Shown here piece by piece: positions 1 through 8,170 of a stretch of DNA of 12,081 nucleotides. Below the pieces are notes generated by a model. It was not told the origin of the DNA and searched no databases. It saw nothing but the letters and a program-made list of their open reading frames with translations. The DNA is taken from the NCBI GenBank assembly GCA_905178155.1, contig CAJINV010000004.1, positions 1,858,905 through 1,870,985 of the forward strand, written 5' to 3'. The DNA comes from Amoebophrya sp. A120. Lineage: Eukaryota > Protista > Dinoflagellata. Positions within the stretch are counted from its first letter, which is position 1. Every line of letters starts with the position of its first letter. The position numbers were made by a program, and so were the translations under genes.

Positions 1-226
1 CTGGAGCGGGCAGATGCGTCGTGCGCTGTCGGGCCAGCAGCGGCTGCGACGAACGGCCTTCCGGGCGAAGCTTTCGCTTTGCAATCCGTGCCAGAAGGGA
101 AAGTGGATAATAGTGCCGACGACCATTCTACAACCTTCTCCCCCACAGGGGGCTCCACACCGACGACAGACTGCGGCGATTCATGCACGTCGGGTTGTTC
201 CACGCCGACTGACTCTTCCGTCGAGA
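1..226. repeat. Terminal direct repeat, copy 1 (identical to 11856-12081)
   Basis: Base-by-base identity of CTGGAGCGGG...CCGTCGAGA with the last 226 nt of the window. Confidence 0.97.
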
Positions 227-324
227 CAACTGGAGGTGGTAGTAACATCAAGGGCAACGTCGTTTCCTTCACGTCCGCCGCGCCTCTTGTTTTCCTTCAC
301 GTCCGCCGCGCCGGCAGCCCTTAG
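1..324 (+). CDS. 3' part of the 11139 ORF (LERADASC...VETTGGGSNIKGNVVSF...AGSP*); C-terminus probably chimeric
   Basis: Same frame and sequence as 11856-12081, then reads through R1 to TAG 322-324. Confidence 0.5.
   Translation: MERADASCAVGPAAAATNGLPGEAFALQSVPEGKVDNSADDHSTTFSPTGGSTPTTDCGDSCTSGCSTPTDSSVETTGGGSNIKGNVVSFTSAAPLVFLHVRRAGSP
219..259 (+). repeat. Repeat R1 copy A
   Basis: Core ACAACTGGAGGTGGTAGTAACATCAAGGGCAACG at 226-259, preceded by CGTCGAG. Confidence 0.95.
263..312 (+). repeat. 22-bp direct duplication with 6-bp filler
   Basis: TTTCCTTCACGTCCGCCGCGCC at 263-284 and 291-312. Confidence 0.9.
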
Positions 325-392
325 CCTAGCTAGCTCTCAGCAATAGCATAGAAATCTAGCTAGTTGGCCGTGGGTTCTATTTGGAGTAGCTA

Positions 393-408
393 AAGTAGTG
401 CACTACTT
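393..408. other. Perfect 16-bp palindrome
   Basis: AAGTAGTGCACTACTT equals its own reverse complement. Confidence 0.85.
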
Positions 409-488
409 GGCATGAAAAAAAAATCACACGAAAATATGCGAAAAAGTTGACTAGTGAAAATGTTAATGTTAACATTTTTTTTTTGGAT

Positions 489-522
489 ATCCTCCTTCCA
501 TCGTTTACGCACTGGTCCACAG
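489..522 (+). repeat. Repeat R3 copy 1
   Basis: ATCCTCCTTCCATCGTTTACGCACTGGTCCACAG; 33/34 identical to 1511-1544. Confidence 0.93.
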
Positions 523-883
523 GGTTTTTGCCGGGTTTCTAGTAATCTGATCTACTTAGTGACTAATTTATAGCTCCGCTTCTGCAACAGCAAGAACAAT
601 AGCACTGTGATATAGAAGATTGAACAGATTGAAGTCATCAGATGTCTGCAGCATCATGATTTTGATTAGTTGCACTTATGCAACTGATCGCTATGCATAT
701 GTTGCAGACCTCATAAGTGTGATTGTCGGGGGAGGAGATTTTCCCACAGGACTCAAGCGGTGTTTGATTCGATGTCCAGGCACGAGAAAATCCCGCCTCT
801 CTTCACTCACAACAGATCGAAGCGCCTGTCGACGAGGCAACTGGCGACGCTTTTCTTTTCCCTTCTACTTCCTTCAATTGCCG

Positions 884-976
884 TTTTTTTTCTGCAGCAT
901 TTTATGCGATTTTTTTTGAAAACCACAAACACAACAGAAACAAGGTAGGCTGGTGCTTGTTACTAGTCGCATGATA
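884..976. repeat. Degenerate ~95-bp direct repeat, similar to 1406-1506
   Basis: Shared order of T-tract, CAGCATTT, T-tract, AAACCA, AACACAA, CTTGTTACTAG(T/C)CG(C/T)ATG(A/G)TA. Confidence 0.6.
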
Positions 977-1405
977 ATCGGAGCAGGACTGCAGGTAGAG
1001 GCAGTCTATTTTTTGTGCCACCAACGCTAGCGGATTTTTGAGGTAGGAGAAGTATGGTTCAGACGAAGACTGCTTCTTTGATCGGAATTCATTCACATTC
1101 TATACGTAGAACGACTAGGACACCCACAACCTCCAGTACATTAAATGCAACGCTACTCATCACCCGTCGGTATCCCCGGATTACAAATAAAACAGAGACT
1201 CCATGCTCCTCGTTCGGCATCGTGCTATTTATTACAAAGCCGCCACTGTGTAGGATGCCGAAGTGAGTCACTGCCTCCCAGTTTTACTAGAGTCTTGTTT
1301 TTATCAAGTAGTATTACATTCATGGAAGTTCTGCTTTTGGAGCTGTTTCTTATGAAAATGTCCTTGCTCTCCTGGAGGATAAGTTATAGTTCTTTTTCGA
1401 CAACA

Positions 1406-1506
1406 TTTTTTTTTTCCTACAGCATTTCTTCCAGTTTTTTTTTTACAAACCAGTTGTAACACAATTAAACATAAAGAGCAATGTACTTGTTACTAGCCGT
1501 ATGGTA
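1406..1506. repeat. Degenerate direct repeat, similar to 884-976
   Basis: Same ordered blocks as 884-976. Confidence 0.6.
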
Positions 1507-1510
1507 GGCA

Positions 1511-1544
1511 ATCCTCCTTCCATCGTTTACGCACTGCTCCACAG
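1511..1544 (+). repeat. Repeat R3 copy 2
   Basis: ATCCTCCTTCCATCGTTTACGCACTGCTCCACAG. Confidence 0.93.
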
Positions 1545-1909
1545 AAGGTAAATGCGATTCGGTTCTTACCAAACGAAAAAATCCACCACAGCCAAAATTT
1601 CAAAATTTTTCATGAGCGGGTTGACGTGCAGGCACGACGCCGACGGCTCGTCGCGGTGGAAATGACATACATCAGCAGACGGCAAGCAGCGGTAGGGCGC
1701 GGGCAGCGGGTTCTCTGGAATGCGCGTCGCCGCGTTGCTCTTCGGCGCGCTGTCTTGCAGGGGAAAAAGGACATTTTGCCCTTCATGGGCAACATGATGC
1801 CGGAGTGTCCGGACAAGGATGTGGCGAAAGGGCTGGGGAAGCGGATTTTTTTTCTTCTACTCTAATGCACTGCCTCAAGAGGTTCCCGGCCGGTTCGGCG
1901 AAGCCTGCT

Positions 1910-1953
1910 CACATCAACAACTGGAGGTGGTAGTAACATCAAGGGCAACGCGA
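1910..1953 (+). repeat. Repeat R1 copy B
   Basis: CACATCA + ACAACTGGAGGTGGTAGTAACATCAAGGGCAACGCGA (core starts 1917). Confidence 0.95.
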
Positions 1954-1957
1954 GGAT

Positions 1958-2521
1958 GGACTTGTACTTCGTCAGATGAGGTTGCTTCTGGAAGGGACAG
2001 TACCAGTCGAGCAGCACTACACGCCCAGAAAGCGTTCGACGTGGACTGCAAAATTGCAACGCGGGACCTACTACCAGCGCTGGCGCGGCATTGTGAACAA
2101 CAACAAGCTAATACAACATCAAGCGGGACTAAAAATTCTTGCGAAGACTTGCAGCAGATGGCCATGAAGCTGTGGCGGCTTGTGAGAGGGGTGCGGATGA
2201 AAGAAAATACACTGCAGCGCCAAAAAGATTTTCTCGCGCACAAAAGGGAGGCCCACGACTACATGGGTCCTTCCCTTGATTCTTTGAGGCCTGTGCCTCC
2301 GGCGGCCATTTCCCCGATGGTGACGTCGCTCGCGTTTGCGGTGTCCTGTCTGGTGCGGTGTTTTCAGCAGCGGAAGCTGGAGATCATGAAGACCAACCAC
2401 GATTTCTCACAGCCCTTTGGAAAGAATATCCAACAAGACGATAACGATAATGCAGATGCTCTCGAGCGCAATCTCCGAAAACTCTGGCAATACGCGAGAG
2501 AAGCGGTTGCCAAGGACCTGA
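1958..2521 (+). pseudogene. Captured 564-bp internal fragment of the PPR-like gene (homologous to 6914-7477)
   Basis: Colinear with 6914-7477, roughly 95% identical by eye (about 20 substitutions and two compensating 3-nt indels); frame intact; bounded by R1 copies B and C. Confidence 0.92.
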
Positions 2522-2567
2522 ACCACGTCGACAACTGGAGGTGGTAGTAACATCAAGGGCAACGCGA
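2520..2567 (+). repeat. Repeat R1 copy C (probable native site)
   Basis: GAACCACGTCGACAACTGGAGGTGGTAGTAACATCAAGGGCAACGCGA; the first 43 nt are identical to copy D; reads in frame into TTSTTGGGSNIKGNAMLNATT... Confidence 0.95.
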
Positions 2568-2692
2568 TGTTGAACGCCACAACTGCAACAGCTGCGAATC
2601 ATCAAGTTCAAGCTGCTGCGGTGACCACGACGGTGTCATCACCATCAGAAGTAGATTTCCTCTACTTTCACCATTTTCATTTTGCGGTTCCA

Positions 2693-2736
2693 ACCTCTGA
2701 CTTCGTGGCGAAACACCGGATGGAGCTGATTGCAAC
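2693..2736 (+). repeat. Repeat R2 copy 1
   Basis: ACCTCTGACTTCGTGGCGAAACACCGGATGGAGCTGATTGCAAC. Confidence 0.93.
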
Positions 2737-2958
2737 TTGTGATGCTGCATTTGGATTCCAAAAAAATCTGTATTGCATAAGCAGCAAAGGGAGTGTCTTT
2801 TTGCTACGGGAAGAGGGCATTTGTCATGCGGAATAGGCATCCAGAAGCCCTCAAAAAATCTCTGATGCTAGGGCATGCATCACAGATATCATGGCTCATG
2901 CCAAACTTGCATGACAAGTCTCAGAATCTTCCAGACCCAGACATTTTTACATTTGATA
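2737..2958. mobile_element. Introner/MITE subfamily A, left end truncated by R2
   Basis: TTGTGATGCT...AAAATCTGTATTGCATAA matches the interior of 7921-8165; intact right TIR CCAGACCCAGACATTTTTACATTTGATA. Confidence 0.8.
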
Positions 2959-3315
2959 GCCCAACCTGCAAGGCCAAAATCCACGGACCCTGTTGGGCTA
3001 TGTACCGCCAGCAGCAGCGCTCAAATCCGGGTGGTCTTTTAATATGCTCTGGAGGTCGTGGAGCAGCATGTGCAGGAGATGTTGACAGCAGGGGCGGCTC
3101 CTGCGACAATGGTACCATGCAGAGTTCCGGGCGACGCGGTTGGGGTGTACTAGATTCTGTAGAAGTAGAACAGCAGCGAGCTTCATCCGGTAGAAATGCC
3201 GCGACGAGCCAGGAGAACTTACTCCTGCTGCAGCCCAAATTTCGCTCCCTGTTGGCGCACAACTACCGCAAGATTTTGCGGGACGAAGAGAGACAGCAGA
3301 GAGGGCCGCGAGGGA
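2959..3315 (+). pseudogene. Orphan exon between two introner fragments (SPTCKAKIHG...RSLLAHNYRKILRDEERQQRGPRG)
   Basis: Stop-free, GC-richer stretch delimited exactly by an element end (ATA 2958) and an element start (TAT 3316). Strand is not certain. Confidence 0.5.
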
Positions 3316-3481
3316 TATGGATTGTAAAAATGTCTGAGTCTGGGTCTGGAAAGTTGGAACTTGTGATGCTAACTTTGGACTCTAAAAAAATCTGTATTGC
3401 ATGACCAGCAAGAGGCGCCCAGTTTGTGCTACGCGGGGAGGGCACTTGTCATGCGGAACTGGCATCAGGAAGCTCATCATC
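3316..3481. mobile_element. Introner/MITE subfamily A, right part truncated by R2
   Basis: TATGGATTGTAAAAATGTCTGAGTCTGGGTCTGGAAAGTTGGAACTTGTGATGCT closely matches the start of the 7921 element. Confidence 0.82.
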
Positions 3482-3541
3482 ACCTCGGACTTCGTGGCGA
3501 AGCACCGGATGGAGCTGATTGCGTGGCGAAACACCGGATGG
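3482..3541 (+). repeat. Repeat R2 copy 2 plus an immediate partial re-copy
   Basis: ACCTCGGACTTCGTGGCGAAGCACCGGATGGAGCTGATTGC (3482-3522), then GTGGCGAAACACCGGATGG (3523-3541). Confidence 0.93.
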
Positions 3542-3594
3542 TAAAATTTGTTTTGATGCATGTTGTAGATGTACGGGAAATTTGTATTGCATAA

Positions 3595-3675
3595 GCTACT
3601 ACAACAACCAACAAAGTCCCCATCTCCACGACCGCCGACCTGATCCGAACCGTTCGGGAGTGGGACCGGGTGCTG
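3595..3675 (+). pseudogene. Short orphan exon (ATTTTNKVPISTTADLIRTVREWDRVL), possibly continuing as SFVKTAVLGL at 3896-3926
   Basis: Protein-like frame flanked by element sequence; removal of 3676-3895 joins the two pieces in frame. Confidence 0.4.
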
Positions 3676-3895
3676 TATGCGTTCCAAATATGCCTGGGTG
3701 TGGAAAGATGGAACCTGTGATGCTGCCTCTGGATTCTATAAAAAAACTGTATTGCAGGAACAGCGAGAGCAGTCCACCGTTTGCTACAGCGATCTAGCCT
3801 GCTATGCTGAACGGAGCATGACAAATTCCGAAGCACGACTAGAAAATGCCTCTCATGGGGCTCTGCATGAGAAACATCATCAGCATGCAGGAATA
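3676..3895. mobile_element. Introner/MITE subfamily A, degenerate right end
   Basis: TATGCGTTCCAAATATGCCTGGGTGTGGAAAGATGGAACCTGTGATGCT...AAAAAACTGTATTGCA; the right end (…GCAGGAATA) is weak. Confidence 0.65.
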
Positions 3896-3926
3896 TCCTT
3901 TGTAAAAACCGCGGTTCTGGGACTCG

Positions 3927-4048
3927 TATGTTTTGCAAAAGTCTCGTACTCGTATAAATGCATTACAAATTTCCTCAGCATGAGAAATAAAATTTGTAAT
4001 GCTGATTTTCCTTGACGCAGGGATTTGTAATGCATGACTGCAATACGA
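3927..4048 (-). mobile_element. Introner/MITE subfamily B, inverted relative to 4344-4489, truncated by R2
   Basis: Matches the reverse complement of 4344-4489 (e.g. TACAAATTTCCTCAGCATGAGAAATAAAATTTGTAATGCTGAT) and stops about 23 nt short of the end. Confidence 0.85.
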
Positions 4049-4089
4049 TCGGACTTCGTGGCGAAGCACCGGATGGAGCTGATTGCAAC
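4049..4089 (+). repeat. Repeat R2 copy 3
   Basis: TCGGACTTCGTGGCGAAGCACCGGATGGAGCTGATTGCAAC. Confidence 0.93.
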
Positions 4090-4112
4090 GGCTTTTGTCA
4101 ACCAGGACCTTG

Positions 4113-4250
4113 TATCCTGTGCAAAAGCATCGTACTAGTATGAATTCCATTACAAATTGGGTTTGCATTACAAATTGAATTTGTAATGCGGATCTGCCTT
4201 ACGATGAAAATTTGTAATGCATGACGAGTACGATACTTTTGCATTGTATA
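4113..4250. mobile_element. Introner/MITE subfamily B, 138 bp
   Basis: TIRs TATCCTGTGCAAAAGCATCGTACT / AGTACGATACTTTTGCATTGTATA; internal CATTACAAATT / AATTTGTAATGC inverted motifs; no clean 5-bp TSD. Confidence 0.85.
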
Positions 4251-4343
4251 CAACTATACATTGAAGTTTCGGATCTCCTGGTCAGCGGACGCGAAGCCAC
4301 GGCGCATCTGGCCTACAAACTGCAGTGGTTCAACGAGTTCCTA

Positions 4344-4489
4344 TATCCTGTGCAAAAGTATCGTATTCGTATTGCAAGCATGAATTACAAATCTTTTTCT
4401 TGAGGTAGATCAGCATTACAAATTTTATTTCTCATGCTGAGGAAATTTGTATATGCATTTATACGAGTACGATACTTTTGCACTGCATA
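4344..4489. mobile_element. Introner/MITE subfamily B, 146 bp, with 5-bp TSD TCCTA
   Basis: TIRs TATCCTGTGCAAAAGTATCGTA / TACGATACTTTTGCACTGCATA; TCCTA at 4339-4343 and 4490-4494. Confidence 0.9.
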
Positions 4490-5169
4490 TCCTAGCAGCG
4501 GAAGAGAACTTAGTTCCTCCAAGTCTGCGACTCGAATTAACGAAAGCGTTGTACAATTTCTAGAGTGCATCCAGGTGATGTTTCGATTTCGAATTCCAAC
4601 GTGTGCATGTGCGTGGTGTTGGTGAAAAAACTAGAAAGAGAAACTACTGGAAGTGTAAGACGCAAGCACGTGCGCAAGTCACAGTGGCGGTCCAAGCTCG
4701 ACTTCAACGGGAAGTAGAAGGGTGTGTCGGAGCACAATGAAGATAAGTTCTGCATTTCTCGCGCTTCTTGGCAGCACTTTCATCTCGTGATTGCAAGTAC
4801 TAGCACCAGCAGGAATCTTCCACTGCTCTCCCTGTTCGCAGCCAGTTGTAGATCTAATAATTCTAGTTCAAAGTAGCAGATCGCCTATATGATAAATGAG
4901 CTGTTCGTAGTTTTTTTCGTTCTTAATGTCCGATCATTATTCAAGTGCACGTGCAAGAAATGTCGTGTGTTGATGTGCCCCTACTTTTTTTCGTCGAAGC
5001 CCGCTGCAAAGGCTCGGGCTACACCATGACACGGATCATCGATGTGAGGCTCTTTTTCGCTGGGATTATTTGCAAAAGCGTAAGCGTCGACGTGATCTTA
5101 TATTTTTGCTTGCTGTTCCACCTCGAGAAAGTAGATCAACAGAGTAGAGATCAAAAGAGTAAACTTCGT

Positions 5170-5184
5170 ATATCGTTTTCTTAG
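5170..5184 (+). promoter_or_regulatory. Possible cis- or trans-splice acceptor upstream of the PPR-like gene
   Basis: ATATCGTTTTCTTAG (pyrimidine tract + AG); the long reading frame opens immediately after it at 5185. Confidence 0.3.
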
Positions 5185-5280
5185 TTTGCGAACTCCACCA
5201 CGACTGCAACCTTCGGCAAAACAACGCCACTCTTCTTCAGAAAGAGAAACTCGACCGCGCAAGATGGAAAGGGGCAGGCC

Positions 5281-7920
5281 ATGCTCTCCTGTCAGTATGG
5301 TGAAAACAAGGGCTCAGGAAGGTTCGTGCACGCCGTCCTGCGACGAGGACGGCAGCTTTGGGTTGTTCAACCAAATAAGCGTGGGAACAAACCGCAAACC
5401 GCAGAAGCGGCCGGCAAAATCTTTGCTGCTGCAAACACGAGGAATAGACTCCAACACGATGCAGCTGCGGCCTACAGAGGAAAGGATATTCATCCCACGA
5501 CCAAGCGTGACTCGGATGTGGTCCAACAGTTGTGCGAGGCAACTTTATTCCGCACTGATGCTGCACCAAGGGGCGGCAGCGCCACGAATCCTATGCGAAG
5601 ACGACACTTCGGCACCATCGCCACGGCTTCGGCTGCGAAGGGAAGGACGGCCAGCGAAACTGCGCCAGCGAGTCACTGTCACCGACAGACGGCGGCGGCT
5701 TTCCGTCAAAATCAGCGTAGCCAAGATCATTTCGAGGACGGAAATCAGGGCGACCCAAAAATAACCGAATACGAATCGGCTCTGCGCGAGGCTGTAACTC
5801 ACCTGGCGAACTACAGGGGCTCTAATTCAAGAACGTCGACGGGGTCCAGCTTGGGGAAGGGTGAAGGTGATGTTGACTCTCAGTTAGCATATTTTTGTGC
5901 AGATGAACCTACAGAAACTTCTTCTCTCCCTCACTCTCTCTGTTGTCGCCTGGTACACGTTCTCGCAAAGAATCGAGATGTGCCAGCTGCGGACCAGATT
6001 TTTCGGTTTCAGAGGCACAGGTTGAAGAAGACGAATAAGGAACAAGAGGAACTACCGCAACGGATGCCGGAGGTCATGATCCTGCAGAGCTCTGGTCGTG
6101 GCAGCATGCGGTCTGAACCTGAAGAACACAACGGCGACAGCGATGCAAAAAATCCGAGTTCATCCATCGGTGACAGAGAGGACGAGACCAGCCGCATCAC
6201 ATCTGCAATGAAAGCCCCACCTTCCTCTGAGCGTCTTCTCGAGGCTCTCTACTATTCCTACATTCACGGGCTAGTTCTTGCCGGTGGCAAGACCAATGCG
6301 GCCTTTGAACTCTGGGATGCCATGCGATGTCAGGATTTCCTTTCGAGTCCGCGGTCCGCCGCGGTACTGCTGCAGGCCTACGCAGGGGAAGTCCGGTACT
6401 ATAGAGGAGTAAGAAAGACCGGGACGTCGAATCAACGATCAAGTGGCGCAAACAGTTCTCGCACGAACACTTCGTTCCAACTTATTGGGGAAGAAGCAGC
6501 TGCAGCTACACCTACAACAACCAGAGAAGACGAAATCTCCTCTGCGTCTGCTGCTCCCGAAATCAGCCGGGCCATTCGCGTTTTCTGTGCGACCGTTGGC
6601 CTGGATAACCCCGAAGAAGAGGATGTTGGCATTGACTCCGCCAACACGCATCAAGGACGAGGGCACTTCTCAAGAAGGTCAACGAATTGCAGCCCACTTA
6701 CACTGTGGCTAAACACGACCCTGAGCATGAGTTTACCCACACTGAGAATAAACGAAAATCACCTGTCCCTTCTGGAGCATTTGTTCAGTGTCCTCAGCGC
6801 GGAGAAAATGCTGCTGAAACCCCTGGTGTGCTGCTACTTACGGTTTGTGCAAATAGCAGGAGCGAGTTGCAGAAATTCGGATCGTTCCCTGTCGGGTCGC
6901 AGTCGAACGAGAAGGACTTGTGCTTCGTCAAATGAGGTTGCTTCTGGAAGGGACAGTACCAGTCGAGCACCCCACGCCCAGAAAGCGTTCGACGTGGACT
7001 GCAAAATTGCAACCCGGGACCTACTACCAGCGCTGGCGCGGCATTGTGAACAGCAACAAGCGAGTACGACATCAAGCGGGAGTAAAAATTCTTGCGAGGA
7101 CTTGCAGCAGATGGCCATGAAGCTGTGGCGGCTTGTGAGAGGGGTGCGGATGAAAGAAAATACACAGCAGCGCCAAAAAGATTTTCTCGCGCACAAAAAG
7201 GAGGCCCACGACTACATGGGTCCTTCCCTTGATTCTTTGAGGCCTGTGCCTCCGGCGGCCATTTCCCCGATGGTGACGTCGCTCGCGTTTGCGGTGTCCT
7301 GTCTGGTGCGGTGTTTTCAGCAGCAGAAGCTGGAGATCATGAAGACCAACCACGATTTCTTACAGCCCTTTGGAAAGAACAATACGGCACAAGACGATAA
7401 CGATAATGCAGATGCTCTCGAGCGCAATCTCCGAAAATTTTGGCAATACGCGAGAGAAGCGGTTGCCAAGGACCTGAGCGATTTCGACAACTCTTTCCAA
7501 ATACTGAAGCAACGCGACGAAATGCGACGAGCGGAAAATGAACGCCAAACCGACGACGCGCCCTTGCGTCACTTTGCGGCCTCAGCCGCGAGGCAGGCCC
7601 GAACTCGCCTGCGGGAAGGACGTGAGGACAAAGACAATCCACGAACTGAGAGCGGTTTTCTTGGTAGCAGCGGTCGTGAAAAAGGTGGAGCCGAAATATC
7701 AAAGATTGACCACCTCCGCGATGAAGAACTGCAGGTGAGCGACATTCTTTTGTCGTGTACTAGCGCGGACGGCACGATGTGGTCCTCATCTCCATCGCGA
7801 CGCAACAAGAGCAAGACTGATGTGGTCGAGAGAAGCCTGTCATCAACACGGTCCGCCTCAAGCTTATTTTCTTCGCCAAAACAAGCGACCTTGTACGCCA
7901 GTGTCTGGGCGGGAGGTGGA
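5281..7920 (+). CDS. PPR-like (pentatricopeptide repeat) protein, exon 1; about 1182 aa in total
   Basis: 880 stop-free codons; PPR-like segments LYYSYIHGLVLAGGKTNAAFELWDAMRCQDFLSSPRSAAVLLQAYA (about 6247-6384) and LCCRLVHVLAKNRDVPAADQIF, separated by low-complexity inserts. The family call is by eye. Confidence 0.75.
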
Positions 7921-8165
7921 TATGGATTGTAAAAAGTGTTTGGGTCTGGAAGGTTGGAACTTGTAATGCTAGCGTTCCATACGTAGAAAATCTGTATTGC
8001 ATAACCGGCAAAAGTCGCGGCCTCTTTTGTACATGCAAAGACGCAGTTTCTCATCCGGATTGACTATGAGAAAGCGTTCTGGAAAGTTGTCATGCTGGGT
8101 TGCATTCGGGACTGTATCTATCGCGCATCACAAGTTTCCAGACCCAGGCATATTTGCATTTGATA
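7921..8165. mobile_element. Introner subfamily A, 245 bp, 5-bp TSD GTGGA; probable intron 1
   Basis: Imperfect TIR (TAT...TGGGTCTGGAA / TTCCAGACCCA...GATA); GTGGA at 7916-7920 and 8166-8170; removing 250 nt fuses ...WAGGG to SGTTTTPVIS... in frame. Confidence 0.88.
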
Positions 8166-8170
8166 GTGGA

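Larger units (their letters stand above)
2522..4563 (+). pseudogene. 3' part of an interrupted host gene (exon pieces about 2522-2736, 4090-4114, 4251-4343, 4495-4563)
   Basis: Deleting the 1353 nt between R2 copies and the two introners gives ...DFLYFHHFHFAVPTSDFVAKHRMELIAT|AFVNQDLV|QLYIEVSDLLVSGREATAHLAYKLQWFNEFL|AAEENLVPPSLRLELTKALYNF*. The boundary at the 4113 element is uncertain. Confidence 0.5.

Noticed and set aside
226-259. R1 as a sequencing adapter or dinoflagellate spliced leader
   Set aside because: It does not match the adapter/linker sequences or the DinoSL sequence that I know; copy ends vary and it reads in frame with a host exon.
1611-1865. Arg-rich open frame (…RRVALRRAVLQGKKDILPFMG…)
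   Set aside because: It may be a captured gene fragment, but it has no clear start, no recognisable homology and ends in a T-tract.
219-2567. R1/R2 as a true CRISPR array or integron attC sites
   Set aside because: Spacers are hundreds of bp, the repeats are not palindromic and look like coding sequence, there is no cas or intI gene, and the context is eukaryotic.
4049-4089. DFVAKHRMELIA resembling the start of a CARD domain
   Set aside because: Only about 12 residues, and the surrounding sequence does not continue the similarity.
4113-4250. TA target duplication (Tc1/mariner type) for the TIR family
   Set aside because: It could fit this copy, but TA-type excision of 7921-8165 creates an immediate stop, and two copies show clear 5-bp TSDs; the superfamily is left unassigned.
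3382-4625. Track ORFs running through the TIR elements
   Set aside because: They cross element and junction boundaries and translate repeat sequence.
5186-5802. Overlapping ORFs 5186-5764 (+) and the many antisense ORFs across 5237-9300
   Set aside because: These are shadow frames of the long PPR-like CDS with no recognisable motifs.
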